Shown here: piece after piece, positions 29,254 through 39,031 of the stretch
How positions within the stretch are numbered: position 1 is the first letter of the stretch
Layout: every line of letters begins with the position of its first letter
Source: an uncultured delta proteobacterium
Lineage (GTDB): Bacteria; Desulfobacterota; Binatia; Binatales; Binataceae
Reading direction: 5' to 3'
Assembly: GCA_963808235.1 (NCBI GenBank)
Contig: CAWEEQ010000004.1
Location: forward strand, 1,312,001 to 1,376,000
Length of the DNA stretch: 64,000 nucleotides
Program-made: the position numbers and the translations under genes
The notes under the pieces: generated by a model
Databases searched by the model: none
What the model was told of the DNA's origin: nothing
The model's input: only the letters and a program-made list of their open reading frames with translations

Positions 29254-30038
29254 GCTTGCGTCGATGTGCCCCGCGGGACCGCCGCAGGAGCGTACCCGGT
29301 TCGACACGGCGGCCCGGGTGCGAAGAAGTGCGCGACCTCCGGCGTATCCGCCCGCATGAAAATCATGCTTGACGATCGGGTGCCGTAGTTCTCGACGTGC
29401 AGGCAAAGCGCGTTGGGCCGGCCGCCCGCGGCGATGCCGATTCGTGAGTCGAGCTGCGTGTTGTGATCCGCGAGCAGCCGGCCAAGCGCCGCTCGATTCG
29501 CAACCGGATACGCCTGGAACTCCGCGTTGGCCCCAAGTTTCGCGAACTTGCCGTACGACGCACTGATCTTCGGACACTCGAAGTCGTCCACGTCGAGGTT
29601 CGAAAGCAGATGAAGTCCCGGCCGCAGCGCGACGACTTCGATAGCCTCGCCGCGGTTGTATGCAACGAACGCATGGCTGCGCGATACCATCAGCAGGTTG
29701 AATGGATTGTAGTCCGAGCCGCGTTGAGCGGCGGCGAACTCCGCCGCTTCGCCCGCACTGCGGCATCGCAGCGCGTCGAGGCATAGCAGTCCGCGCGATC
29801 GCGCCTGCGGATTAGCGCCACCCTCGGCGCGCCGATTCAGCAGCCCGGCCACGACTCCATGCTCACTGATTCCGAGCCACGTTCCGCCCGCCTTCAAATC
29901 CTTTCCACCAACTACATGCGGATTCTCGCACAGCGTAGTCGGATCGTCCGCGGGCCGATCTAGAAACTCGTCGCGATTCGCGGCGATCACGACCGGGTAA
30001 TCGCGCGTTGTCTGAAAGTAAATCGCAAGCGTGCACAT
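29238..30038 (-). CDS. NRDE/TANGO2 family protein
   Basis: MCT start, AANRDEF, DLKAGGTW, SRG, YGTRSS. Confidence 0.92.
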   Translation of the reverse strand: MCTLAIYFQTTRDYPVVIAANRDEFLDRPADDPTTLCENPHVVGGKDLKAGGTWLGISEHGVVAGLLNRRAEGGANPQARSRGLLCLDALRCRSAGEAAEFAAAQRGSDYNPFNLLMVSRSHAFVAYNRGEAIEVVALRPGLHLLSNLDVDDFECPKISASYGKFAKLGANAEFQAYPVANRAALGRLLADHNTQLDSRIGIAAGGRPNALCLHVENYGTRSSSMIFMRADTPEVAHFFAPGPPCRTGYAPAAVPRGTSTQAHGPK

Positions 30039-30367
30039 CCAGATAAAGTTGGCAGCCCCGCGCCCCCTCCGCAATCTACTAATAGTCTCGTTCTGACCGG
30101 CAGAGGCCACGACTCATCGCGTAGCGCACTAGCGAAAAACGAATGGCGAATGAGGGTCCACATTCCAGGTTCTGCGCCCAGACCGAGGTTGGCCCCTGCC
30201 TTTCCCCGACCGAGAGCAAAATACCGTCCGCGGGATTTTGCGATTGAATGGACGATGGGTGCAGGGGTCACCCCTGCCGCCCCGCGCGCAGCGGTCCGAA
30301 TCCTCAAAATCTACACATCTTTGCACGACCCGACCGGAGGTCTGCCCGGTTTTGCTAGAATTAAACC

Positions 30368-31585
30368 GTGAGAATAGGCGAGCGTTTCGACCTGATCGTC
30401 ATCGGCGCCGGCGTCGTCGGCAGCTCCGTCGCGATGGGCCTCGCCGAGCGCGGACTCAAGACGCTCACCGTCGATATCGATTTGAGCGGGCGCCTCAGCT
30501 CCAGCGAGAAGAACGCGGGCGGCGTGCGCGCGACATGGTGGCAGCGCGTCAACATCGCGCTATGCCGCGCGTCGATCGAATACTACGATCGCATCCGCGA
30601 CGAGGTTGGCTTCCGCCAGAAAGGCTACCTGTGGCTCTACGATGATCAGACCTTCCCGCGCGCCCAGGAGCACCTGCCGCTACAGCGCGAACTCGGCCAT
30701 CCGATCGAGACGCTCACGCCTGCCGAAGTCGCTCGCCGCTTCTCCGAGATCGACAAGCTCGAGGGAGTCGCCGGCGCGACTTTCTCTCCTGAGGACGGAC
30801 TCATCAATCCCAACTTGCTGAAGGAGCACTATCGCCATCGCGCGTTGAAACACGGCGCGCAGTTTCTCGATCGCTCCTACGTGGTCGGCTTCGATGTGAC
30901 CGCGACGGGCGTGCGTCTGGAATGCTGGCAGTCGGACGAACCGCTAACCGACGAGGGGCTGGTCCGCCTGATGACCCAGGATGGCCCGGGCGACGCGGCA
31001 CCGGGACGCATCTTCGAGCTGGTCGCGGACTCGATCGTTCTCGCGAGCGGCGCATGGTCGCCGTCGGCTCTCAGAGCCCTCAAGCTGCGCAACTACACCG
31101 AGCCGATCCGCCGCCAAATCTGCCTCGTCGACAATCGCACGACCAACCTCGCGAACTACGGGATGATCGTCGATACCTCGGGCGTGTACTTTCACAACGA
31201 GGGCCCGCACATCCTCGCCGGATACTCGCCGCCCGACGAGCCGGCCGGTTATCACTTCAACTACGACGGCGAACCGTTTTTCCAAAATGAAATCTGGCCG
31301 CACCTGTTCGCGCGGATGTCCTCGATGGAACGTCTGCGCCACGTCACCGGATGGGCCGGCCTGTACGAAGTCAGTCCCGACCGCAGCGCAATCGTCGGCC
31401 GCGCCGCACCACGCGTCTACGAGGCGCACTCGTTCAGCGGACGCGGCGTGATGCAATCCTACGGAGCAGGGCAGGCCCTCGCCGAGCTAATCGCTCACGG
31501 CAAGTACGGCGTGCTCGACGCATCCGCTCTATCCCGCGACCGCTTCGCGCGCGGCGAGCAAGTCTTTGAAGAACTCCACATCTGA
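30368..31585 (+). CDS. FAD-dependent oxidoreductase (DAO / sarcosine oxidase beta-like)
   Basis: VIGAGVVG, NAGGVR, WAGLYEVSPD, FSGRG. Confidence 0.9.
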   Translation: MRIGERFDLIVIGAGVVGSSVAMGLAERGLKTLTVDIDLSGRLSSSEKNAGGVRATWWQRVNIALCRASIEYYDRIRDEVGFRQKGYLWLYDDQTFPRAQEHLPLQRELGHPIETLTPAEVARRFSEIDKLEGVAGATFSPEDGLINPNLLKEHYRHRALKHGAQFLDRSYVVGFDVTATGVRLECWQSDEPLTDEGLVRLMTQDGPGDAAPGRIFELVADSIVLASGAWSPSALRALKLRNYTEPIRRQICLVDNRTTNLANYGMIVDTSGVYFHNEGPHILAGYSPPDEPAGYHFNYDGEPFFQNEIWPHLFARMSSMERLRHVTGWAGLYEVSPDRSAIVGRAAPRVYEAHSFSGRGVMQSYGAGQALAELIAHGKYGVLDASALSRDRFARGEQVFEELHI

Positions 31586-31591
31586 TCGCGA

Positions 31592-33193
31592 TTAGCGATC
31601 AGCGCGCGCGGTCGTGGGCTCGAGATCCTGGTCGAGGAACGGCCGGACTGCCTGGTCGATCTGCTCGGCCTCGCCGTCGCCCGGGACACTGATATGGTCG
31701 GTGCCCTCGATGGGTACCAGCCGGGCTCCCGGAATGAGAGACGCCAAGTCAGTAGCCGCAATGAAGGGCACCACCTGATCACCGCGGATCTGGATTATCA
31801 GCGTGGGCTCCTTGATTTGACGAGCGAGCGCGCTGACGTCGACATTGTTGACAGCCGACAGGAACGCATCGACATCCTCCGGTGTCCCGGAGATTCGCCC
31901 CATCTCGTCGAGGAACCGCTTATCAACCTCGCTCCCATTGGGCATCAGGAGGTTGGTAAACAGGTCGCGGTAGGCGGGATTGTTCCATCCGCCTTTCACC
32001 AGCGCTATGGCTTGCGCCTGCTGTCGCAAGGCCGGCGTCATGAACTGCTTTGCAGCATCGGAGTTTGGATCCAGGGTTCGCGCCCAAGTGTCGTAGAAGA
32101 CGATTCGTGTGACCCGTTCCGGATGGCGTGCTGCATAAGCAATCGTCGCGGATCCTCCTGCGGAGATGCCGTAGAGGGCGAACCGCCGCAGCTTGAGCGC
32201 ATCGACCACCGCCTCGAGGTCGCGCACCCGGGGTTCCAGCGAATAGTCTCGGAGGCCCCGCTCCGAGAGGCCGCATCCGCGTCCGTCGTATTGCACAATC
32301 AGGTGATGCGGGCCCACTGATTCGAGAAAGTCGTTGCTATATGTCGGACTACCCACGCCACGTGTCAGATGTGTCCCCCATCCAAGTACGAGCACGACGG
32401 GCGGACCATTGCCGCTGGTGCCATAGGCAATCCGCACTCCGTCGCTCGTCATGCAGTAACCGATCTTCTGATGGAGCCGGGTAGGGAGGATCCGCGGGAC
32501 GTAGATGAGTAAGGCGGTAGCGATCTCGACGTAGAAGGTTGAATAGAGAAGGTACCCGACCAGGGCCGCGCCTACCGAGGCAAAGCTGAACGTGCGGATC
32601 GACGGAAGGCGGGATGTCACCCGGCGCGCGAGGCCCGCGAACGCCGACCCCGCTGGCTTGCGGCCGCGACTCGACGATACGGTGGTGGCAAGGGTGTAGA
32701 CGCGAACCGGGTGGCTTACGTTCTTGAGGCTCTTTTCGCCGAGATAAGTCGCCGCCATCCCGGGCTTGTTGCGAATCTCGTCGAAGACATGATCCGACAC
32801 GCAGATTCCGCCCGGCGGCGCCAGCGCGTGGATCCGCGACGCCACGTTCACTCCGTCTCCGACTACGTTGTTGTTGGAGAACACAACGTCGCCGACGTGA
32901 ATCCCAATCCGCAGCCGAAGCTCCGAGTCATCCACCAGCGCGGCCTGGAGTTCGTGCGCGCAATTGACCGCGTCCGTCGCGCTATGGAAGCTCGAGAGCG
33001 TGCCGTCGCCGATCTCGCCAAGCATCCGGCCGTTGAATTTCGGAAGGAGTAAGCGGAGCAATTCGCGATGCTCGTGCAGCGCGCGGATCGCCTTCGCCTC
33101 GTCGCGGCCCATGATGAGCGTGTAGCCCGCGATATCGCTGAACATGATCGCGGCAAGCTCGCGAGTCGAGTTTGAGTCGGCCAGGTTCCCCAT
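31592..33193 (-). CDS. Class III nucleotide cyclase - TM - alpha/beta-hydrolase fusion
   Basis: MFSDIAGYT, IGDG, GDGVNVASRI. Hydrophobic segment VGAALVGYLLY..TALLIYV. Then YDGRG, GISAGG, GDQ, GTDH. Confidence 0.88.
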   Translation of the reverse strand: MGNLADSNSTRELAAIMFSDIAGYTLIMGRDEAKAIRALHEHRELLRLLLPKFNGRMLGEIGDGTLSSFHSATDAVNCAHELQAALVDDSELRLRIGIHVGDVVFSNNNVVGDGVNVASRIHALAPPGGICVSDHVFDEIRNKPGMAATYLGEKSLKNVSHPVRVYTLATTVSSSRGRKPAGSAFAGLARRVTSRLPSIRTFSFASVGAALVGYLLYSTFYVEIATALLIYVPRILPTRLHQKIGYCMTSDGVRIAYGTSGNGPPVVLVLGWGTHLTRGVGSPTYSNDFLESVGPHHLIVQYDGRGCGLSERGLRDYSLEPRVRDLEAVVDALKLRRFALYGISAGGSATIAYAARHPERVTRIVFYDTWARTLDPNSDAAKQFMTPALRQQAQAIALVKGGWNNPAYRDLFTNLLMPNGSEVDKRFLDEMGRISGTPEDVDAFLSAVNNVDVSALARQIKEPTLIIQIRGDQVVPFIAATDLASLIPGARLVPIEGTDHISVPGDGEAEQIDQAVRPFLDQDLEPTTARADR

Positions 33194-33399
33194 CTCGTTC
33201 CACCCCAGAGAACAATCCAAGGCGCCCCGAAACGCTGTCACTATACTCCGCGTACCGGCAGGCGATAAGCTGCGCTCATCGCCGCTCCAACGAGCGGTCG
33301 CCCGATTCGGTAGTGGGTTTCCTCGCCTTAACTCGCCGTGATATTTAATCTAATCCGGACGGGGCTTGCGCCTTCAGCTTCCGCTGTCGAGGAGGATGG

Positions 33400-34359
33400 A
33401 TGTTTTCATCGATCGAGGACGTTATCGAACGGTTCGCCAAGAACAACTATATCGCCAGCCGGCGAATCGCGACCGTCATCTACCTGGCCAGCGAGATGCG
33501 CAAGCCCATCCTGGTCGAAGGCCCCGCCGGCGTCGGCAAAACCGATCTCGCCAAGGTGCTCTCCGCGTCGCTCGGCTTCGACATGATTCGCCTGCAGTGT
33601 TACGAAGGCCTCGACGAGGGCAAGGCGCTCTACGAATGGGAGTACGCCAAGCAACTCCTCTACACGCAGATTCTCAAAGACAAGATCAGCGAAGTGCTGG
33701 TCGGCGCGAAGGGCCTTACTGAGGCGGTCGATCGAATCGCGGCCCAGGACGAAGTCTTCTTCTCCGAGCGCTTCGTGCTGCCGCGTCCGCTCCTGAAGGC
33801 AATCTCAAGCGAGCAGCCCTCGGTGCTGCTGATCGACGAGATCGACAAAGCCGACGCCGAGTTCGAAGCCTTCCTGCTCGAGCTGCTCTCTGATTTCCAG
33901 GTCACCGTGCCCGAACTCGGCACGCTCAAGGCCAAGCACATTCCGCTCGTCGTACTGACTTCCAACAACGCACGCGAAATGTCCGACGCGTTGAAGCGTC
34001 GATGCCTCCATCTCTACATCGACTTTCCCGATCGCGCCCAGGAACTTGCGATCGTCAAGCTCAAGGTGCCCGAGGCCGCTCAGAAGCTCGCCGAAGAAGT
34101 CGTCACCGTCGTGCAATCGCTGCGCAAGCTCGACTTGAAGAAGACCCCGGGCATCAGCGAGACGCTCGATTGGGTCAAGGCGCTGACGCTGCTCAATGTG
34201 CAGAGCCTCGATCAGGAACTCGTCACCGAAACGCTCGACACGATCGTGAAGTACGAAGGCGACGTCCGCAAAGCGCAGGAAGAACTCAAGGATTATGTGC
34301 GTCGGGTCCGCGCGCGCCGCGGCACCGAAGCCGGCAGCGACAAGGATTTGTTGAACTGA
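33400..34359 (+). CDS. MoxR family AAA+ ATPase (CoxD-like)
   Basis: EGPAGVGKT, RLQCYEG, LIDEIDK, LKRRC. Confidence 0.93.
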   Translation: MFSSIEDVIERFAKNNYIASRRIATVIYLASEMRKPILVEGPAGVGKTDLAKVLSASLGFDMIRLQCYEGLDEGKALYEWEYAKQLLYTQILKDKISEVLVGAKGLTEAVDRIAAQDEVFFSERFVLPRPLLKAISSEQPSVLLIDEIDKADAEFEAFLLELLSDFQVTVPELGTLKAKHIPLVVLTSNNAREMSDALKRRCLHLYIDFPDRAQELAIVKLKVPEAAQKLAEEVVTVVQSLRKLDLKKTPGISETLDWVKALTLLNVQSLDQELVTETLDTIVKYEGDVRKAQEELKDYVRRVRARRGTEAGSDKDLLN

Positions 34360-34382
34360 TTACGGAGCGCAAGAAGGCGGTC

Positions 34383-34916
34383 ATGGTGATCTGGCGGAAG
34401 TTGAACCGCGGCGCAAAAATCGGTCTTTTGTCCGGCGTCGCGGCTTCCATCGTTGGAGCAGCGTGCATGGGATTGGCGGTCGGGGCAATGCTTGGTGGTG
34501 GCTTTGGTGAGAAACTCGATGGCGCCAACGGAGTCGCGGTGGGCGGCTTTCTCGGATTCATCCTCGTTGCGGGAATCATCATAGTCCTCAGTGCTTGCGT
34601 GGGAGCAGCGGCAGGGCATGCGCTACATCGGTTCGATATGGGGCGCCGGTTGAAACTGGGTGGAAGGTTGGGAGGCGTCTTGGGAGTCCTGGCCGTGACG
34701 CCTCTATCAATATATTTAGGGTCAGCCGCGTGGACGGCAGTCGACGGCAACTTGGGTAAAAGCTTGGTCGGCGCTCTTGTCACGTCGATCTTCTTGCTGC
34801 TCCCCTTTACGTTGGCCATGGACGCGATTCTGGTTGTCGGTTTTGGCGTCGGAGCAGCAATCGGTCAAGTGATATATCGTTTCTTTGATCCGAATCCGCA
34901 CGAATCTGTGGCATGA
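34383..34916 (+). CDS. Glycine-rich 4-TM hypothetical membrane protein
   Basis: MVIWRKLNRG...; repeated GxxxG hydrophobic helices; atypical codon usage. Confidence 0.6.
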   Translation: MVIWRKLNRGAKIGLLSGVAASIVGAACMGLAVGAMLGGGFGEKLDGANGVAVGGFLGFILVAGIIIVLSACVGAAAGHALHRFDMGRRLKLGGRLGGVLGVLAVTPLSIYLGSAAWTAVDGNLGKSLVGALVTSIFLLLPFTLAMDAILVVGFGVGAAIGQVIYRFFDPNPHESVA

Positions 34917-34961
34917 AAAAACTCTGAGCGACAACCGGCGGAGTAGGGCACAACAACTGTC

Positions 34962-36374
34962 ATGCAAGATAAGCTCGTAGAGTTTGCGAACCTGCTGCGC
35001 GAGAACGGCGTCCGCGTCTCGCTCGCCGAAACGCTCGACGCGTTCAGCGCCTCGCAAGTTACCGGGCTCACCGAACGCGACGCGTTCCGCTCGGCGTTGC
35101 GCTCCACGATGGTCAAGCGGGCCAGCGAATTGCCGGTTTTCGAAGAACTCTTCGACATCTATTTCTCCGGCCTCGGCGAGATCATCAAGCAGGCCAGCCA
35201 GGCTGTGCAGAACGCGCTCTCGATGTCGGACCAGGAATTTCAAAAGTTCCTGGACGAAGTCGAAAAGATGCTCAAGAAGCAGGGCAAGGACCTCTCCGAG
35301 CTCGCCAAGCAGCTTCTGCAAAACAACAGTGGCGAGATGGAACGCAAGATTCGCGAAGCCTCGCGCGCCGTCAAGCTTCAAGGGATCGAACGCACCATCG
35401 AGGAGAACTACTTCGCCCGCGCGCTCGCCCGCCAGCTCGGCCTCGACAAGATCGAAGCCGAGATCAAGGAGCTTCGCGAGCAGCTCGAGAAGATGGACAT
35501 CGGGTCCGAGCTCAAGGCCAAGATGGAGGAGTATCTCGAGCGCAGGCTGAAGGCGCTCGACGACATAATCCGCCGCTATGTCCGGATGGAACGCGAGAAG
35601 CGCGACATCAAGCAGAAGGAAGATCAGCGCCTCAATCAGATCGGTGAGAAGAGCTTCTATTACCTGACCGAAGAAGAGCTCAAGAAAATGAACGAGGCGG
35701 TCACCCGCCTCGCGCAGCGGCTCAAGAACGTGATCACCGTGCGCCGCAAGCGGGCCAAGAAGGGCCGCTTCGATATCAAGCGCACGCTGCGCCAGAACCT
35801 CGAATACGGCGGGGTGCCATTCAAGCTCCGCTTCGAGAAGCGCAAGCGGGAAAAGCCGCAGGTCGTGATCCTGTGCGACGTGTCGGATTCGGTGCGCAAC
35901 GCGTCACGGTTCATGCTCCAGTTCGTGTATTCGTTGCAGGACCTCTATTCGCGCGTGCGCAGCTTCATCTTCGTCGCCGATATCGGCGAAGTGACCGAAT
36001 GCTTTCGCAACAACGACTCCGCCGAAGCGCTCGACGTCGCGCTCAAGGGCGATATAATCAATGTGTACGCGCACTCGAACTTCGGCTATGCGTTCCGCAA
36101 TTTCGTTTCCGATCATATCGGCTCGGTCAACAAGCGCACGACTGTGATCGTGCTCGGCGATGCCCGCAACAACTACAATCTGCCGCATGACTGGTGCCTG
36201 CGTGAAATCCGCCAGCGCGCCAAAAAGGTCATCTGGCTTAATCCTGAAAGCCGCAATACCTGGGGCTTCGGCGACAGCGAGATGGATCGCTACGCGCCGC
36301 ATTGCGACGTGGTGGAAGAGTGCCGCAATCTCAACCAGCTTTATCGCGTGATCGATCGCCTGGTCGCAGGCTGA
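34962..36374 (+). CDS. VWA domain protein (CoxE-like)
   Basis: CDVSDS MIDAS, LGDARNN, WLNPE. Confidence 0.92.
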   Translation: MQDKLVEFANLLRENGVRVSLAETLDAFSASQVTGLTERDAFRSALRSTMVKRASELPVFEELFDIYFSGLGEIIKQASQAVQNALSMSDQEFQKFLDEVEKMLKKQGKDLSELAKQLLQNNSGEMERKIREASRAVKLQGIERTIEENYFARALARQLGLDKIEAEIKELREQLEKMDIGSELKAKMEEYLERRLKALDDIIRRYVRMEREKRDIKQKEDQRLNQIGEKSFYYLTEEELKKMNEAVTRLAQRLKNVITVRRKRAKKGRFDIKRTLRQNLEYGGVPFKLRFEKRKREKPQVVILCDVSDSVRNASRFMLQFVYSLQDLYSRVRSFIFVADIGEVTECFRNNDSAEALDVALKGDIINVYAHSNFGYAFRNFVSDHIGSVNKRTTVIVLGDARNNYNLPHDWCLREIRQRAKKVIWLNPESRNTWGFGDSEMDRYAPHCDVVEECRNLNQLYRVIDRLVAG

Positions 36375-36508
36375 TAAATTGGCTCCGCGCCGTTTGCCAG
36401 CCTGTTTGGTTGACCACGCGGCGTCTTTGGGCCAAGATATTTTCACGGGGAGTTGTTGGGGATTCGAGCGTTATTTTTCCGCTCCCGTTTGAGAAGAAGA
36501 GCTCGTCT

Positions 36509-37042
36509 ATGGCAGGACACAAAGAAGATTTCATTCTGATGATGGTTGGGGGGATTACTCTCGACCCGTCCACCAAGATGCCGATTGTGGTCCTGAAAGA
36601 TCCTGACAACAAACTCAATCTGCACATCTGGATCGGCCCGCTCGAGGCCACTGCGATGGCCACCGAGCTCGAGGCGATCAAACCGCAGCGCCCGATGACG
36701 CATGACCTGCTGCGCAACCTCCTGGTCGAGTTCGGCGCCACCGTCGAATCAGCCGAGATAACCGAACTTCGCGAGAGCACTTACTTCGCCCGCATTCAGG
36801 TTAAGACCCGCGAGGGCAAGAGCCTTGAAATAGATTCGCGCCCGAGCGACGCAATCGCGCTGGCGCTGCGCACCAAGTCGCCCATCTACGTGGCCAAGAA
36901 AGTGCTCGAGGCTTCCAGCGAGCTGCACGAGTCGCAGGGCGAACCACAGACTTCGGATCAGAACCTGGCCAGCGTCTCGCGCGACAAATGGTCCGAGATC
37001 CTCGAGCGGATGTCGCCCGAGGATTTCAAGTACAAGATGTAA
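36509..37042 (+). CDS. Bifunctional nuclease family protein (DUF151)
   Basis: IWIGPLEA, RPMTHDL, IDSRPSDAIALALR. Confidence 0.92.
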   Translation: MAGHKEDFILMMVGGITLDPSTKMPIVVLKDPDNKLNLHIWIGPLEATAMATELEAIKPQRPMTHDLLRNLLVEFGATVESAEITELRESTYFARIQVKTREGKSLEIDSRPSDAIALALRTKSPIYVAKKVLEASSELHESQGEPQTSDQNLASVSRDKWSEILERMSPEDFKYKM

Positions 37043-37102
37043 GCGCGTGCGCGCTTGCGTTTTCGCTGATCCTCTGCCGGGCGGCGCCCGCTGGAGCCTT
37101 CG

Positions 37103-37840
37103 ATGCCGCCGAGTACCCATCGCCGCAAGATAACCCAGAAAGAACTCAAGGCGCCCGACGAGCTGACCACACTCATCGACAGCGCGCGCGAATTCCTGCT
37201 CGCCAACCTTACCCAGGTTCTGATTTCGGCCGGCGTAGTAGTGGCGATCGGCGCGATCGTGATCGGCGTCTATTACTACGAGCGCCATCAAGACGCCGCC
37301 GTGTCAGCGCAGTTCTACGCCGCAATCACAACCCTCAACGCCGGCCATAGCAAGGAAGCGGAGGCGCAGTTCAAGAAACTCGCCGACGAAGAGCCGGGAC
37401 GCCGCTTGGGACGCCTCGCGCGCTTCTACCTGGCGAGCAGTTACCTTGGCGATGGCGACCTGCCCAACGCGCGCGATGCGCTGGTCGCATTCATTGCCGA
37501 GGAACACGATCCGATCTTCTCGAGCCTCGCGCTGACGGACCTCGCCGTGGTTTACGAAAAAATGGGTGACTGGCGCAAAGCCGCGGGTTCTTACGAACTG
37601 GCGGCCGGCGTACCGGGACCGGAGCAGGCGAGGGCGGAGTTGGGCGTCGCCCGGATGCTTGCGAAGTCAGGCGACAAGAGCCAGGCGATTGCGGCGTATC
37701 GCGGGTTTCTGACCGCTCATCCGTACGCCGCGCAGCGGCAGGATGTGATGGAATCCCTCGCACTGCTCGGCGCGCCGGCGGAGCCGCCGTCTTCAGCGCC
37801 GGCGCGGATCTCCGGTCCGCTGCCGGTTCTCAAGCACTAA
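37103..37840 (+). CDS. YfgM-like membrane-anchored TPR protein
   Basis: KELKAPDE N-terminus, one TM helix, TPR-like helices. Confidence 0.8.
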   Translation: MPPSTHRRKITQKELKAPDELTTLIDSAREFLLANLTQVLISAGVVVAIGAIVIGVYYYERHQDAAVSAQFYAAITTLNAGHSKEAEAQFKKLADEEPGRRLGRLARFYLASSYLGDGDLPNARDALVAFIAEEHDPIFSSLALTDLAVVYEKMGDWRKAAGSYELAAGVPGPEQARAELGVARMLAKSGDKSQAIAAYRGFLTAHPYAAQRQDVMESLALLGAPAEPPSSAPARISGPLPVLKH

Positions 37841-37866
37841 GCCACTAAGCACGTCGCTCGCGACGT

Positions 37867-38865
37867 TCAGTGTTTCGCGGACGCCGACTTGTCCGCGAGT
37901 TCGGAGTTGATCACGAATTCCAGCACCTTGTTGTCCGGCAGTCCTATCACCGGAATTCCGTTGATGAAGAAAGTCGGCGTCGAGGTGACCTTGATCGAGT
38001 TACCGTCGGCCTGGTCCTGCTTCACGCGATCGGAGGCTTGCGGACTGTTCATGCATACCTTCAGCGACGGAGTGTCCAGCTTCAAGTTCGTCGCTTCCTT
38101 GTCAACTTGATCCTGAAGATTCTTCGGCGTGATCGATCCCTGGTTCGAGTAGAAGTAACGAGCGAATTCCCAGAACGCAGTCGGATTCTGCAGGCGCGCA
38201 CATTCGGCCGCCTCCGCCGCTTTGACCGCCCACGGATGCACGTTGAGAGGAAAGTTCTTGAAGACGACCTTTATCTTGTCCTTGTAGTTCGTGTTGGCGA
38301 GCGTCTCGAGGACGCTGAAGGCGCGCGCGCAGAAGGGGCACTCGAAATCGGCAAACTCCACGATCGTTACCGGCGCATCGGCAGGTCCGACCGATGCGTT
38401 GTCGTTAAGATGAATCTTGCTGAGATCCATCCGTCCCCACGGCTCCTGGCTGCTGTCCAACAACTGTCCGATAAGCAGCTTGCTGCCGCTCTTGTCGAAA
38501 AACAGCGCCGTGTTGATCATCTGGCCGCTCTCGAGAATGACGGTAAGCCCCCGCGCGTAAGGCAAACCCGCGATGGGGCTCTGAACCGCGGGACCAAACT
38601 TGATCAAATCGGGATTTGGAATCTTGAAGTGCTTCTGTAGATACAGCTTCATCGCCGCATCGCGCGCGGGATCCGCCGGGACGGGCGCGGTGCTCAGTGC
38701 GGCGGGCGCCGCGATCTGCGCGGCCGCACTAGTGAGGCCCGCAGCGATGACGATGGCGCCAAGCGAAAGGGCGAAGCCGGTGAGGGCGGCCGCCCGCCGG
38801 ATTCCAGCCAGACCCTTTAATGAGTTCGCATAAGAAGTATTATGTAAACTAGGAAGTGTATTCAT
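37867..38865 (-). CDS. DsbA/BdbD-family thioredoxin-fold protein
   Basis: EFADFECPFC, FPL..H, STPTFFING. Start codon uncertain. Confidence 0.88.
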   Translation of the reverse strand: MNTLPSLHNTSYANSLKGLAGIRRAAALTGFALSLGAIVIAAGLTSAAAQIAAPAALSTAPVPADPARDAAMKLYLQKHFKIPNPDLIKFGPAVQSPIAGLPYARGLTVILESGQMINTALFFDKSGSKLLIGQLLDSSQEPWGRMDLSKIHLNDNASVGPADAPVTIVEFADFECPFCARAFSVLETLANTNYKDKIKVVFKNFPLNVHPWAVKAAEAAECARLQNPTAFWEFARYFYSNQGSITPKNLQDQVDKEATNLKLDTPSLKVCMNSPQASDRVKQDQADGNSIKVTSTPTFFINGIPVIGLPDNKVLEFVINSELADKSASAKH

Positions 38866-39031
38866 GAAATTGAGAAAGCTCCTGTCCTGCAAGGGGTTTC
38901 GTCGATTGCCTGCTGCTCGCACTTCTGCCGATCAGATTATGTGATGCTCTTCCGAGATGAAAAAGGCGGTCCTTAAAACGATCTTCATCATTGCTCTTCA
39001 GCGCTCCTCCAGATTTGCGGGACAGTTCTAG

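Noticed and set aside
30140-30290. 6S, SRP, tmRNA or tRNA-Sec identity for the structured region
   Set aside because: The conserved signatures (e.g. SRP domain IV, tmRNA termini, T-loop) are absent.
33400-36374. Carbon monoxide dehydrogenase cluster
   Set aside because: Only CoxD/CoxE-like accessory genes are present; no coxL, coxM or coxS in the window.
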